DNA of 64,000 nucleotides from an uncultured Clostridia bacterium (GTDB lineage Bacteria; Bacillota; Clostridia; Christensenellales; UBA1242): NCBI GenBank assembly GCA_944384405.1, contig CALWTH010000054.1, positions 2,277 to 66,276 of the forward strand, read 5' to 3'. Shown piece by piece: positions 55,157 to 64,000 of this stretch (position 1 is its first letter; each line of letters starts with the position of its first letter). The notes under the pieces were generated by a model. It saw only the letters and a program-made list of their open reading frames with translations, ran no database searches and was not told where the DNA came from. The position numbers and the translations under genes were made by a program.

Positions 55157-55700
55157 ATGCTTTACTCCTTAAACTAAACAATGAAATTATTAAACTAAAC
55201 AAAAGATCAAATATGGTAATTGTAAAACTTACATAGGCACATAAAACAAACACTGAATCTTCATAGCAAGGTTGAATAGTGGCACTCATTGAACAAGTCG
55301 GCTTGTAATTTTTTAGATAAGCAAATAGGCTTTTTAAGACTATCAAAATACTTCCCGTAGTTACTGCTGTGTTTTTCGCATCAATTAGTCCGACTTTGCC
55401 ATAAAAATTTACTTTTCTAAGAGTTGTTTTGTCTTTTAAGTTTTCGCCAATACTTTCAACAAAGTAAATTTCTTTAATAGAAAGTTTTATTTCAATTTCT
55501 TTTTTCTTGCGTTTTGTGAGAAGATATAGTTTTTTATCTTTAACATATATCTTTAAAATTATAATTTTTATTTTCCACAAAAATATGCTCATTATGGCTT
55601 GTTTTTTGTTTAAATCTGATGCAAGTTTAACTCTTATTGAAAGCGGAAAAACACAGATTATAATAAAAAATAGTGGTATTAGAAAATATAAACTTTCCAT
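55131..55700 (-). CDS. ytfI: YtfI-like membrane protein (DUF2953)
   Basis: N-terminal TM, position immediately upstream of ytfJ as in Bacillus/Clostridium. Confidence 0.55.
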   Translation of the reverse strand: MESLYFLIPLFFIIICVFPLSIRVKLASDLNKKQAIMSIFLWKIKIIILKIYVKDKKLYLLTKRKKKEIEIKLSIKEIYFVESIGENLKDKTTLRKVNFYGKVGLIDAKNTAVTTGSILIVLKSLFAYLKNYKPTCSMSATIQPCYEDSVFVLCAYVSFTITIFDLLFSLIISLFSLRSKAYGKQSKLS

Positions 55701-55746
55701 ATCACTATTGTTTGTTTAATTTTAAAATTTATACTATCAAAAAATG

Positions 55747-56493
55747 TTAGCTTGCACTCTCTTCTGGCTTTGGCGAGAAATCCATCTTTTGAATGTTGTT
55801 CTCTTTAAGAATTTCATCAATTTTGTCAAGCATTGCATTGTCTTGCGCTTTTAATTTTTGAATATCTTTTTCGTCTTTCAAAAAGTCTGGAACTTCCTCT
55901 TCTTGGGGCACTTCATAATTTCTGTAAAGTCCGTCACTTGAAAGCTGATTATCATATGTCTCATTTCTGATGACTTCAATCCTTTCAAGTAATTGTTCAT
56001 AGTCTGGCAAATCACTCAAATCTTTCAAATCAAAACGTTTCAAAAATTCATCAGTAGTACCAAACATATATGGCTTACCCACTGCGTCTTTTCTTCCAAC
56101 AATTTCAATCATATGATTGTCCAACAGCACTTGTATTGCATAATCTGCAGAATTTATTTTTCTTATCTCTTCAATTTCAAGTTTGGTAATTGGTTGTTTA
56201 TATGCAATAATTGCAACAGTTTCAAGTGCTGCTTTTGTAAGTGCTTTTTCGCGAATAGGATTTAATACAGTTGAAATTAGTTCTGCATAATCTGGATTTG
56301 AACATAGTTGAATTTTGTTTTTATATTCAATAAGGTGTATGCCACTATCATTGTTCAATTCCTGTTTTAACTGTTCAACAGCAGTATTTAGTTGTTTCTC
56401 TGTTACTTGTAACTTTTCAGTAATAGCACTTTTTTCAACACCTTCTCCAGAAACAAATAAAATGGCTTTAATAATTTCCTTCAAGTTGTTCAT
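55747..56493 (-). CDS. scpB: Segregation and condensation protein B
   Basis: ILFVSGEGV, LETVAIIAYKQPITKLEIEEIR, GRKDAVGKPYMFGTTDEFLKRF. Confidence 0.92.
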   Translation of the reverse strand: MNNLKEIIKAILFVSGEGVEKSAITEKLQVTEKQLNTAVEQLKQELNNDSGIHLIEYKNKIQLCSNPDYAELISTVLNPIREKALTKAALETVAIIAYKQPITKLEIEEIRKINSADYAIQVLLDNHMIEIVGRKDAVGKPYMFGTTDEFLKRFDLKDLSDLPDYEQLLERIEVIRNETYDNQLSSDGLYRNYEVPQEEEVPDFLKDEKDIQKLKAQDNAMLDKIDEILKENNIQKMDFSPKPEESAS

Positions 56494-57292
56494 CTATTTT
56501 TATCTCCTTATCTATTCCTTCTTCATTAGCAATTATGTCAATTTCACCAAAAATTTCAGATTGCTGTGCTTTGATAATTTGTAGTTTCAATAATTCAAGC
56601 AGTGCTAAAAAAGTATTTATAAGTTCACTTTTTGTAAGGTCAGCATCAAACAAATCTGTAAACTTAATCATCTTCTTTTCACGAATTATGTTTTTGATTG
56701 AAATAATTTTTTCGGCAACTGTGAACCTGTCTTTTACAATTTGTTTAGATTCAACTTCAACAATTTTTTTAGGAACAGTTGCCATCATTTTAGCAAACGC
56801 ATCAAGCATTAAATCAAGTGACATATCTTTTAGTACAATCCTGACATTGCCTGCCATCTTGTCTGGCTTTTTGTAAAGTTTGTCAAGATCTTCATCTTTT
56901 GCCAACTTTTCGCTTGCCTCTCGAAACAATTTCAATTCTTTTAATCGTGCCAAAAGATTGACTTCAGGGTCATCTTCAGTTTCTTCCTCTTCTTCTGGTG
57001 GAAGTAGTGTCCTTGATTTAATCTCAATAAGCTGTGCTGCAATTTCGATGAATTCACTTGCGTTTTCCATATCAAGAGTTTGTATCTCATCAAGATATTC
57101 CAGGTATTGTTCGGTCAAATCTGCAAGTTTGACAGTTTCAATGTCCATCTTATTATCTTTGATAATTTGTAATAATAAATCTAGTGGGCCTTCAAAGTTT
57201 TCAAGGTGCACTTTGTAAACTTTGCTGTTGTCATCTTGGTCAATTAAAGCTTCATCTTGAATTTCATTTTTTATCATTTCTTCTTCCGTCAT
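56468..57292 (-). CDS. scpA: Segregation and condensation protein A
   Basis: FEGPLDLLLQIIKDNKMDI, kleisin C-terminal wHTH; start at MTEEEM (ATGA-coupled to the upstream M50 gene). Confidence 0.9.
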   Translation of the reverse strand: MTEEEMIKNEIQDEALIDQDDNSKVYKVHLENFEGPLDLLLQIIKDNKMDIETVKLADLTEQYLEYLDEIQTLDMENASEFIEIAAQLIEIKSRTLLPPEEEEETEDDPEVNLLARLKELKLFREASEKLAKDEDLDKLYKKPDKMAGNVRIVLKDMSLDLMLDAFAKMMATVPKKIVEVESKQIVKDRFTVAEKIISIKNIIREKKMIKFTDLFDADLTKSELINTFLALLELLKLQIIKAQQSEIFGEIDIIANEEGIDKEIKIDEQLEGNY

Positions 57293-57954
57293 ACAAATAA
57301 CCCCCAAAATAAACTAAACACCCACAAAAGTCCATTTGTTACATAATAGTAGATGTAATCAAATATTGGAGTTATCAAAAATATCAAAAGCACTATTGTT
57401 CCATATCTTAGCATAAAGTTCACAAAAGAATTGTTGGGCTTAGTTAGTGCTTTGATGAAATTGAATCCATCTAGTGGATAAATTGGCAATAAATTAAACA
57501 CTAAAAGCGATAAATTTAAAATCACCATAAAATAAATCAAAAGATCTAAAAATATTAAGAAAAGATTTTGTGCATCAACAAGAAGTGGACTAACAAAAAA
57601 GTAAATACCACTAAAAATGAAAGCCAAAATTAGATTGGCAGAAACACCGGCAATAGATACTAAAGACATATCCCTTTTGTAGTGCTTGAAATACATAGGA
57701 TTAATTTCAACTGGCTTAGCCCAACCAAATCCAAACAAAATAAGGCACAAAAAGCCCAAGCCATCAATGTGCTTTAATGGGTTCAAAGAAAGTCTTCCAA
57801 GAGAACGAGCAGTTGGATCACCTAGTTTATACGCCACATAGGCATGAGAAAACTCATGAGCACAAAACGAAAACATAAGTGCAATCATGTAAGCCAAAAT
57901 AAACGCAAGTATTTCCCAAAAAGGCATTCCTGAGCCTATAAGTTGATATAGCAT
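57289..57954 (-). CDS. Site-2 protease family (peptidase M50) membrane metalloprotease
   Basis: HEFSHAYVA HExxH within a TM helix, downstream NLLPIYPLDG motif. Confidence 0.85.
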   Translation of the reverse strand: MLYQLIGSGMPFWEILAFILAYMIALMFSFCAHEFSHAYVAYKLGDPTARSLGRLSLNPLKHIDGLGFLCLILFGFGWAKPVEINPMYFKHYKRDMSLVSIAGVSANLILAFIFSGIYFFVSPLLVDAQNLFLIFLDLLIYFMVILNLSLLVFNLLPIYPLDGFNFIKALTKPNNSFVNFMLRYGTIVLLIFLITPIFDYIYYYVTNGLLWVFSLFWGLFV

Positions 57955-58032
57955 ACTAATGTATTATACAATCATTAAGTGAAATTTGCAAGAAAAAAAT
58001 TGGCTTAGACATCAACCTAAGCCAACTTTAAT

Positions 58033-59190
58033 TTACCAATTTTCTGCAATTCTTTTAATTGAATCAAAATATGTCAATTTTTGTAAATCGCTGTTCACAA
58101 TCAAATCAATTTCTTTAACTACCTGACCTTGTTTTGTCACAAGCAATGTACCAACTTTTTCACCTGCTTTTATAGGCGCCTTAATTTCATCTAATTCGTA
58201 TTTGAATTCATATTCATCGTTACTACCTTTGCGTGAAAGCCCATAAAAACTTTTTTTTGCGTAAATATCAACAGTTTTTTGCTTTGACAATTTTACTTCA
58301 ACATCAGTTAAATAAGGTGTTTGACTGTCAAGTATCATTTTGTTTTCATAGTTTGCAAATCCATAGTTAAAAAGTGCTGAAACATCTGTAAATCTCTGTT
58401 GCCCATTTTTTGAACCAATAACAACGGCAACAAGTCTAAAATCATTACGAATACAAGATGCTGTTAGACAATAGCCTGCTTCCGATGTGGATCCAGTTTT
58501 GCCACAGTCACAACCATCGTAATATCTTATGAGCTTATTGGTATTGACAAGTTCCGTTTCTCTGCCTGATGGATGAACAAGTTTATCCATCCAAATTGTG
58601 CTTAGAGTGTGGTAATGCTCATGTTTTAAGAGTTGCTTCAAAACCAAATAGCAATCATAGGCACTCGAATATTGCTCAGGAGCAGGAAGCCCTGTACAGT
58701 TAGCATACAATGTATTTTTCATACCAAGTTCACTTGCACGCTTATTCATTAAAGAAACAAAGGCACTTTCACTACCGCTTATATACTCAGCCAAAGCAAC
58801 ACTTGCATCATTCGCTGATGCCATAACTACACTTTTAAGCAAATCTTCTGCTCTGTATTCAACATATGGATCTATAAACACCTGAGAACCACCCATGCCT
58901 GAGGCGTTTTCAGATGTGGTTATCATTGTATCTAAAGCAAGTGAACCATTGTCAATGGCTTCATAAGTTAAAAGTATAGTCATAAGTTTCACCATACTTG
59001 CTATTGGGAATCTTGCGTTACTATTGTTTTCATAAAGCACAGTCCCAGTTTCATAATCAACCAACAAAGATGCTTTTGCATCGTTTTTTAAAAAGTCGTT
59101 ATCTGCACTAACCAATGGCATAGCACCACCACACATTGATAGTGCAATGATAAGCAAAACACTAAATATTGTTACATAGTACTTTTTCAT
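58033..59190 (-). CDS. D-alanyl-D-alanine carboxypeptidase (peptidase S11, DacA/DacF-like)
   Basis: Signal peptide; SMVKLMT (SxxK), SANDA (SxN), KTGST (KTG). Confidence 0.85.
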   Translation of the reverse strand: MKKYYVTIFSVLLIIALSMCGGAMPLVSADNDFLKNDAKASLLVDYETGTVLYENNSNARFPIASMVKLMTILLTYEAIDNGSLALDTMITTSENASGMGGSQVFIDPYVEYRAEDLLKSVVMASANDASVALAEYISGSESAFVSLMNKRASELGMKNTLYANCTGLPAPEQYSSAYDCYLVLKQLLKHEHYHTLSTIWMDKLVHPSGRETELVNTNKLIRYYDGCDCGKTGSTSEAGYCLTASCIRNDFRLVAVVIGSKNGQQRFTDVSALFNYGFANYENKMILDSQTPYLTDVEVKLSKQKTVDIYAKKSFYGLSRKGSNDEYEFKYELDEIKAPIKAGEKVGTLLVTKQGQVVKEIDLIVNSDLQKLTYFDSIKRIAENW

Positions 59191-59237
59191 AAAAAAACTA
59201 CTCCTTTATAGAAGTAGTTTTTTCAAAATGTGTAAAT

Positions 59238-60050
59238 TTATTCTTTTAATAACTCGGATAAGATTATTTTTATTTTTTGACAAGTTTTTTGTGCATCACT
59301 GAGCACTTTTTTGTGATCCAAGTTTTCTTCATTATCAACAAACACATTGACAATACTTGCAATCCCAGCCACTTTCATTCCAAGATAGTTACATATGATA
59401 CAATCAAAAACAGTACTCATTGACACGCTATCTGCACCAATAGATTTTGCAAACGCTATCTCAGCCATAGTTTCATAACTTGGCCCCAAAAATTGAATAT
59501 GAACACCCTGTCTGACATTTATATCATTTTCATCGGCAATTTGAGCCATTTTATTAAACATATCTTTGTCATAAGCATTCGTCATTGACGTGAATTTAAG
59601 GTTATCAATCGCAACTAAAGGATTTTGGCCGGTGAAGTTTATATGGTCAGATATAAGCATTATATCACCCACTCTAAAAGTCTTGTTTATTCCACCAGAG
59701 GCAGTTAAAAGTATCACCTTTTTTGTGCCAAGATATGAGAGCACTTCATAAGGCAATCTAACTTTACTCATGTCCCCATATTCATAGTAGTGCACTCTTG
59801 AAACAACGGCGACATTTTTTCCGCAATATTTCCCAAATATGAACTTTCCACTATGTCCACTAACACGCGATTTAGGCATTTTAATTTTATCATAAGGCAC
59901 AATGGTTATGTCTTCAAGGTCAACCACGGCATCCAAAAGCCCTGAACCTGCCACTATGGCATAGTCGATATTATCCACTTTGTATTTCTTTTTCAAGATA
60001 TCTGCAATTTTCTTTGCTCTATTACATTTCATAATAAAAGTATATTTCAT
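59238..60050 (-). CDS. punA: Purine nucleoside phosphorylase (PunA-type, PNP family 2)
   Basis: AIVAGSGL, SGHSGKFIFG, GPSYETMAEI, SMSTVFD. Confidence 0.85.
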   Translation of the reverse strand: MKYTFIMKCNRAKKIADILKKKYKVDNIDYAIVAGSGLLDAVVDLEDITIVPYDKIKMPKSRVSGHSGKFIFGKYCGKNVAVVSRVHYYEYGDMSKVRLPYEVLSYLGTKKVILLTASGGINKTFRVGDIMLISDHINFTGQNPLVAIDNLKFTSMTNAYDKDMFNKMAQIADENDINVRQGVHIQFLGPSYETMAEIAFAKSIGADSVSMSTVFDCIICNYLGMKVAGIASIVNVFVDNEENLDHKKVLSDAQKTCQKIKIILSELLKE

Positions 60051-60068
60051 AAACTATTTATTGTCAAA

Positions 60069-60692
60069 TTAAATTACAAGTATAACATTACTTCTAAAAA
60101 TAAATAACAAAGTCGTTTCAATCAAGTTAATAATAGTCAGCAAAAGAAAGGAAATAAGAAAAGGATATAAAATTGATTTTATTCTATTTTTCTTTAAATA
60201 CTTGCAATTTTTCATTTGATAACTCACATAACAGAAATAGGCAATCATAACGGCAAGCATAAGTAACTGACATGGTAGCAATATTAGTAAAGCTTTTATT
60301 ACTCCATTAAAACTGAACCAAAGCAAAATCATCATGCAATTAACAGCCACCAAAAATGTTCTATATGCAAGCAAACACCAACCAAATACATACATCGCAG
60401 GATGCAAAGCAAAAATAGATAAAAGTATTATTACAAGCGTATATGAAAGTAACCTTCCAAAAAAATTAGCAGAAAATTTTTCAAGATCGTCAAGTTGGTA
60501 TGTCAAATTAAAACTTTCAAAAATCTCCTCTTCGTCAACTCCAAAAATTTTAATAGCTGTTAAAATTCCAGTTAGTAAACCAACAAGACAAAACACAAGG
60601 CAAAATATTATTTTAAATTTATTTTGAACAAAAAATTCTTTGAGCGAATATCTCATAGAATAAACATTTTTTGCAAACATTTTAGATTTCAT
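60069..60692 (-). CDS. Polytopic membrane protein, possibly stage II sporulation protein M
   Basis: About five TM helices, about 207 aa, sporulation neighbourhood (spoIVB upstream); no strong motif, call is tentative. Confidence 0.4.
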   Translation of the reverse strand: MKSKMFAKNVYSMRYSLKEFFVQNKFKIIFCLVFCLVGLLTGILTAIKIFGVDEEEIFESFNLTYQLDDLEKFSANFFGRLLSYTLVIILLSIFALHPAMYVFGWCLLAYRTFLVAVNCMMILLWFSFNGVIKALLILLPCQLLMLAVMIAYFCYVSYQMKNCKYLKKNRIKSILYPFLISFLLLTIINLIETTLLFIFRSNVILVI

Positions 60693-60727
60693 ATAATATG
60701 TTTATTCACAAAAAATCCAATTATTCG

Positions 60728-61942
60728 TCAAGAAACTTCATCAAGCATAAAGTCGGCATATACCCCATATCCTTTTGTTGGATCGTACAAAAATACATGA
60801 GTTACTGCACCTATTAACTTGCCGTCTTGAACAATTGGAGAACCGCTCATTCCTTGAACAATTCCACCAGTCAAGTTCAGTAATCTTTCGTCTTTAACTC
60901 TAAAAATAAAACTTTTGTCATTTGTTGAGTGCTGGTTGTATGTCTTTATAATTTCAATATCGTACTCTTCCCTTATTCCACTCACTGCACTTATTAGTTT
61001 TGCTTTTCCAACTTTAACAACAAGCCTTGATGCGATGGGACAACTTAAATTTTTGTCAACAAGTGTAGTATCTTCATTGATATCGCCAAAAACTCCACAA
61101 GTTGTATTTTTTTCTACTGTTCCATTGGACATTGAGCCTTCAACAAACAAACACCTAAGTTCTCCCGCCTTACCTTTGCTCCCTTTTGTTATTCCAAGCA
61201 TTGTACAAGGATAAATATTCCCATCACTCACAGGAACGGTTGCACCTGTTTCAAAGTCTGTTATTGCGTGGCCAAGAGCCCCAAAATCATTATCTTCTGT
61301 CACAAAAGTCAAAGTACCTATGCCTTGTGCATCATTTCTTATCCAGATGCCAAGTTTATATTCACCACTTTCCGAATCTAAAATTGGTGTTAGACTGCAC
61401 GTGTGTTCTTTATTGTCTCTAAGATATGTCACTTGAACATCATTGCCATTACTTTGCGAAAGTTGTTGTTTTATATCTTCAACATCAAATATATCAATTC
61501 CATTTACCTTTGTTACAATGTCACCATTTTCAAGTTCTGTATTAGATTTTTTACCTTCGTCAGTCAAAACACTATTTGAGCCAACAACAATAACTCCCTT
61601 TGTCGAAACACTAAATCCAAGTGGCACTCCACCTAGATATACAGACTCATCATCACACACAACAACTGTTGTCTTTTTTATAGGTATAAATCCAAAAAGT
61701 TTAACCACCAAAGATGTCGACTTTTCTTTTACTCCACCAGTTGTCCATATATCTTCGGTCAGTTTTGTATCAACAAAATCTCCAAGTAAATGTTCACTAT
61801 TTAACTTATCCAAAGTTTCTAGTGTTATTGGAGTGTCATCGCACAAAGCAACTATGCTTTCAAAATCAACATTTTTTATAGTTATGACAAAACAAACAGC
61901 CAATAACACACCAAATAGTTTAAGTATAATTTTCTTAACCAT
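60728..61942 (-). CDS. spoIVB: SpoIVB peptidase (S55) with PDZ domain
   Basis: PDZ region (GDIVTKVNGIDI), GIGTLTFV...FGALGH, catalytic-Ser region GMSGSPIVQDGKLIGAVTHV; spoIVB-recN-argR synteny. Confidence 0.9.
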   Translation of the reverse strand: MVKKIILKLFGVLLAVCFVITIKNVDFESIVALCDDTPITLETLDKLNSEHLLGDFVDTKLTEDIWTTGGVKEKSTSLVVKLFGFIPIKKTTVVVCDDESVYLGGVPLGFSVSTKGVIVVGSNSVLTDEGKKSNTELENGDIVTKVNGIDIFDVEDIKQQLSQSNGNDVQVTYLRDNKEHTCSLTPILDSESGEYKLGIWIRNDAQGIGTLTFVTEDNDFGALGHAITDFETGATVPVSDGNIYPCTMLGITKGSKGKAGELRCLFVEGSMSNGTVEKNTTCGVFGDINEDTTLVDKNLSCPIASRLVVKVGKAKLISAVSGIREEYDIEIIKTYNQHSTNDKSFIFRVKDERLLNLTGGIVQGMSGSPIVQDGKLIGAVTHVFLYDPTKGYGVYADFMLDEVS

Positions 61943-61989
61943 AAAAAAACCACCTTTAAAATCTATAAGGTAGTTTATATGCTTTTTTG

Positions 61990-63672
61990 TTATTTATTCA
62001 AATCATGTTTTTTTGCACCAGCCAAATCAAGCAGTTCTTTTGCATGGAGTTTAGATGTGTCACTATCATAACCACCCAAAAGTGTTGATAGATATTTAAT
62101 CAAATCATCTTTTTCCAGCACCTTTGCACAACTTTTTGTTTTACCATTTTCAACTTCTTTATGAATGTAGATATGTCTATCCGCAAGAGCCGTAACTTGA
62201 GGCAAGTGCGTTATGCAAATGACTTGCGATGATGTTGAAAGTGAATATAACTTTTCACCAACTTTATATCCAACTTCGCCACTGACACCACTATCAATTT
62301 CATCAAATACAAGAGTTTTCACATCGTCTTTTGTGCCAAGAACTGTCTTAATTGCAAGCATAAATCTGCTCATTTCTCCACCAGATATAGTCTTTGACAA
62401 ACTTTTTTCCGCCTCGCCTTTGTTTGCAGAAAACAAAAATTCCACTTTATCAAGTCCATCAATGGTATAAACATTATCCAAACTTTGTGATATAGGCATG
62501 AAGCTTGCTTTGAATGTTGTATTTTCCATTTTTAAATCAGCAAGTTGTTTAAAAACTTGTTTTTCAAGGGTATTTGCAATTTTAATTCTCTTTTCATGCA
62601 GCGACAAACTTGCATCATAAAGAGCACTATTAATCTTTTGTTTCTCGGCATCAAGTTTTGCCAAAGTGCTTTCTGCGTTTAAAATATTGTCATATTTCGT
62701 TTCCGCATTTTTTAGATAGGTCAAAATCTCATCAATGGTTGAGCCGTATTTTCTTTTTAGTGATTTTATCTGTTCTTGTCTAAGCACCAAATTGTCCAAA
62801 TCTTGCTCAGAAAATTCAAGCGAACTTAAAACTTCTTGCAGAGATTGAGTTATGTCCTCTAATTCTATTTCAACGCTTTGAAGTCTGTCATAAGCAGAAG
62901 AAATTTCCGGACTATACGTCAAAATTGGCGTCATTGATGAGAGAGCATTAGATATCTCGCATGAATTTAAACTGCTAAGGCAAATATTAAGTGCAGAAGA
63001 AATTTTTTCAGCATTTGAAAGCTTTGATATTTGATTATCAAGTTGTTCATCTTCTCCTACACTTAAATTAGAATTTTTAATCTCATCGATTTGATATTTA
63101 AGCAAATCCAAAGTACGTTCTCTATCTTCGCCAGTCCCACCAATTTCATTAATTTGATTTTGCAACAATTTTAGTTTTGAAAGCAACGATTTTATGTTTT
63201 CCTTGTCTTGCACAAGGCACTGATTATCATAACTATCCAAAAGTTTCAAGTGATTTTTGGTATTCAAAAGTTCAATACTATCATGTTGACCAAACATATC
63301 ATAAAGTGTTTCGCCAATTTCTCTAAGCATTGAAACTCCAACAACTTCTCCATTTACTTTCACTGAAGACTTGCCATCAGCATTATATGTACGGCTGATA
63401 AGCAAGACATCATCACAATCAATGTCAAACTCTTTAAGTTTATTAACTGTTGACTGACCAATATCAACAAAGGTAGCCTTTACAAATAATTCACTTTCGC
63501 CATTACGTATATCTTCTCTTTGTGCCTTTGCACCAAGAACAAATTTTAGTGCATCTAAAACAATACTTTTTCCAGCACCTGTTTCGCCAATCAAAACATT
63601 GAAGCCTTGACAAAATTCAAGGCTTGTATCTTCAATTATAGCAAAATTTTTTATCAATAACTTTTGTAACAT
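61990..63672 (-). CDS. recN: DNA repair protein RecN
   Basis: GETGAGKSI Walker A, long coiled coil, SGGEMSR signature, LVFDEIDSGVSG Walker B. Confidence 0.95.
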   Translation of the reverse strand: MLQKLLIKNFAIIEDTSLEFCQGFNVLIGETGAGKSIVLDALKFVLGAKAQREDIRNGESELFVKATFVDIGQSTVNKLKEFDIDCDDVLLISRTYNADGKSSVKVNGEVVGVSMLREIGETLYDMFGQHDSIELLNTKNHLKLLDSYDNQCLVQDKENIKSLLSKLKLLQNQINEIGGTGEDRERTLDLLKYQIDEIKNSNLSVGEDEQLDNQISKLSNAEKISSALNICLSSLNSCEISNALSSMTPILTYSPEISSAYDRLQSVEIELEDITQSLQEVLSSLEFSEQDLDNLVLRQEQIKSLKRKYGSTIDEILTYLKNAETKYDNILNAESTLAKLDAEKQKINSALYDASLSLHEKRIKIANTLEKQVFKQLADLKMENTTFKASFMPISQSLDNVYTIDGLDKVEFLFSANKGEAEKSLSKTISGGEMSRFMLAIKTVLGTKDDVKTLVFDEIDSGVSGEVGYKVGEKLYSLSTSSQVICITHLPQVTALADRHIYIHKEVENGKTKSCAKVLEKDDLIKYLSTLLGGYDSDTSKLHAKELLDLAGAKKHDLNK

Positions 63673-63677
63673 AATCC

Positions 63678-64000
63678 CTATCTTATAAATTGTTCAAGTG
63701 TTGATGAAGCTTTTTGAGCAGAAAGCGAAGTTGGCATTATCACCATAACAGTATCATCTCCATAAACTGAACCCATAACATCTTCAACATTAAGTTTATC
63801 TATTATTGCACAAATACCGCTAGCAAGTCCCTTGACTGTTTTTATAACGCATAAGTTACCAGCAGGTTTTATGGAAATAACAGACTCTCTAAAAATTGAT
63901 ATGTTTTTGTTTGAAACACTTTGGTCAGTCGATTCCATTAAAGAATACTTGTATTTGCCGTCAGGAGTTTGAATTTTGATTAGTCCAAGTTCTTTTATAT
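63678..64000 (-). CDS. argR: Arginine repressor ArgR/AhrC, C-terminal part (5' end outside window)
   Basis: C-terminal oligomerisation/arginine-binding domain with GDDTVMVI; frame stays open to the window end; argR-recN synteny. Confidence 0.8.
   Translation of the reverse strand, partial: IKELGLIKIQTPDGKYKYSLMESTDQSVSNKNISIFRESVISIKPAGNLCVIKTVKGLASGICAIIDKLNVEDVMGSVYGDDTVMVIMPTSLSAQKASSTLEQFIR

Noticed and set aside
482-62470. Numerous 60-176-aa antisense or out-of-frame ORFs in the track (e.g. 482-865, 1341-1691, 2729-3088, 16194-16828, 17671-18054, 35140-35511, 36550-37313, 42523-43020, 56535-57218, 60915-61973)
   Set aside because: Each is fully embedded in a longer ORF with clear homology-type motifs on the other strand or frame. 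They lack RBSs and have the Ser/Phe/Leu/Ile-rich composition of shadow ORFs in AT-rich DNA.

Overview
Chromosome segment from a low-GC (roughly 30% G+C by eye), endospore-forming Firmicute (Clostridia-like); most proteins are recognisable but diverged. The backbone is ordinary and syntenic: ftsK (3' part)-rimO-pgsA-cinA-recA, a class A PBP, miaB-mutS-mutL-miaA, a six-tRNA operon (Pro-Met-Asp-Phe-Thr-Tyr, minus strand), spoIIAA-spoIIAB-sigF, spoVAC/AD/AE, a Phe T-box leader plus pheST, cysteine desulfurase-thiI, rny, xerD-like/lexA, cmk-plsC-S1, rluB, two S11 carboxypeptidases, ytfIJ, scpAB, punA, spoIVB, recN and argR (3' part). The main non-backbone feature is a 13.5-kb element (interior 14732-28261) integrated into the 3' half of tRNA-Tyr. 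It is bounded by an exact 55-bp direct repeat and carries a tyrosine integrase and a divergent XRE switch. I found no terminase, portal, capsid, tail, lysis, relaxase or VirB4 genes in it. Instead it has a tightly coupled operon of four N-terminally anchored, repeat-rich surface proteins followed by a membrane-anchored P-loop ATPase. That ATPase has Walker B and RHH-G-W motifs that resemble the Zot/pI assembly ATPases of filamentous phages. The operon is preceded by an ORF-poor, G+C-richer 400-bp leader with interleaved (pseudoknot-type) helices. My best hypothesis is an inovirus-like (capsid-less) prophage or a phage satellite/IME with a novel surface-assembly module; this cannot be settled without searches. 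Secondary observations: a 170-bp palindromic insertion flanked by an 18-bp duplication of the miaA terminator hairpin, a membrane-tethered PadR-like regulator, a Gly/Tyr-rich lipoprotein between the sigF and spoVA operons, an orphan 320-aa protein next to xerD/lexA, and a MiaB lacking its TRAM domain. No CRISPR array, rRNA or reverse transcriptase was seen.
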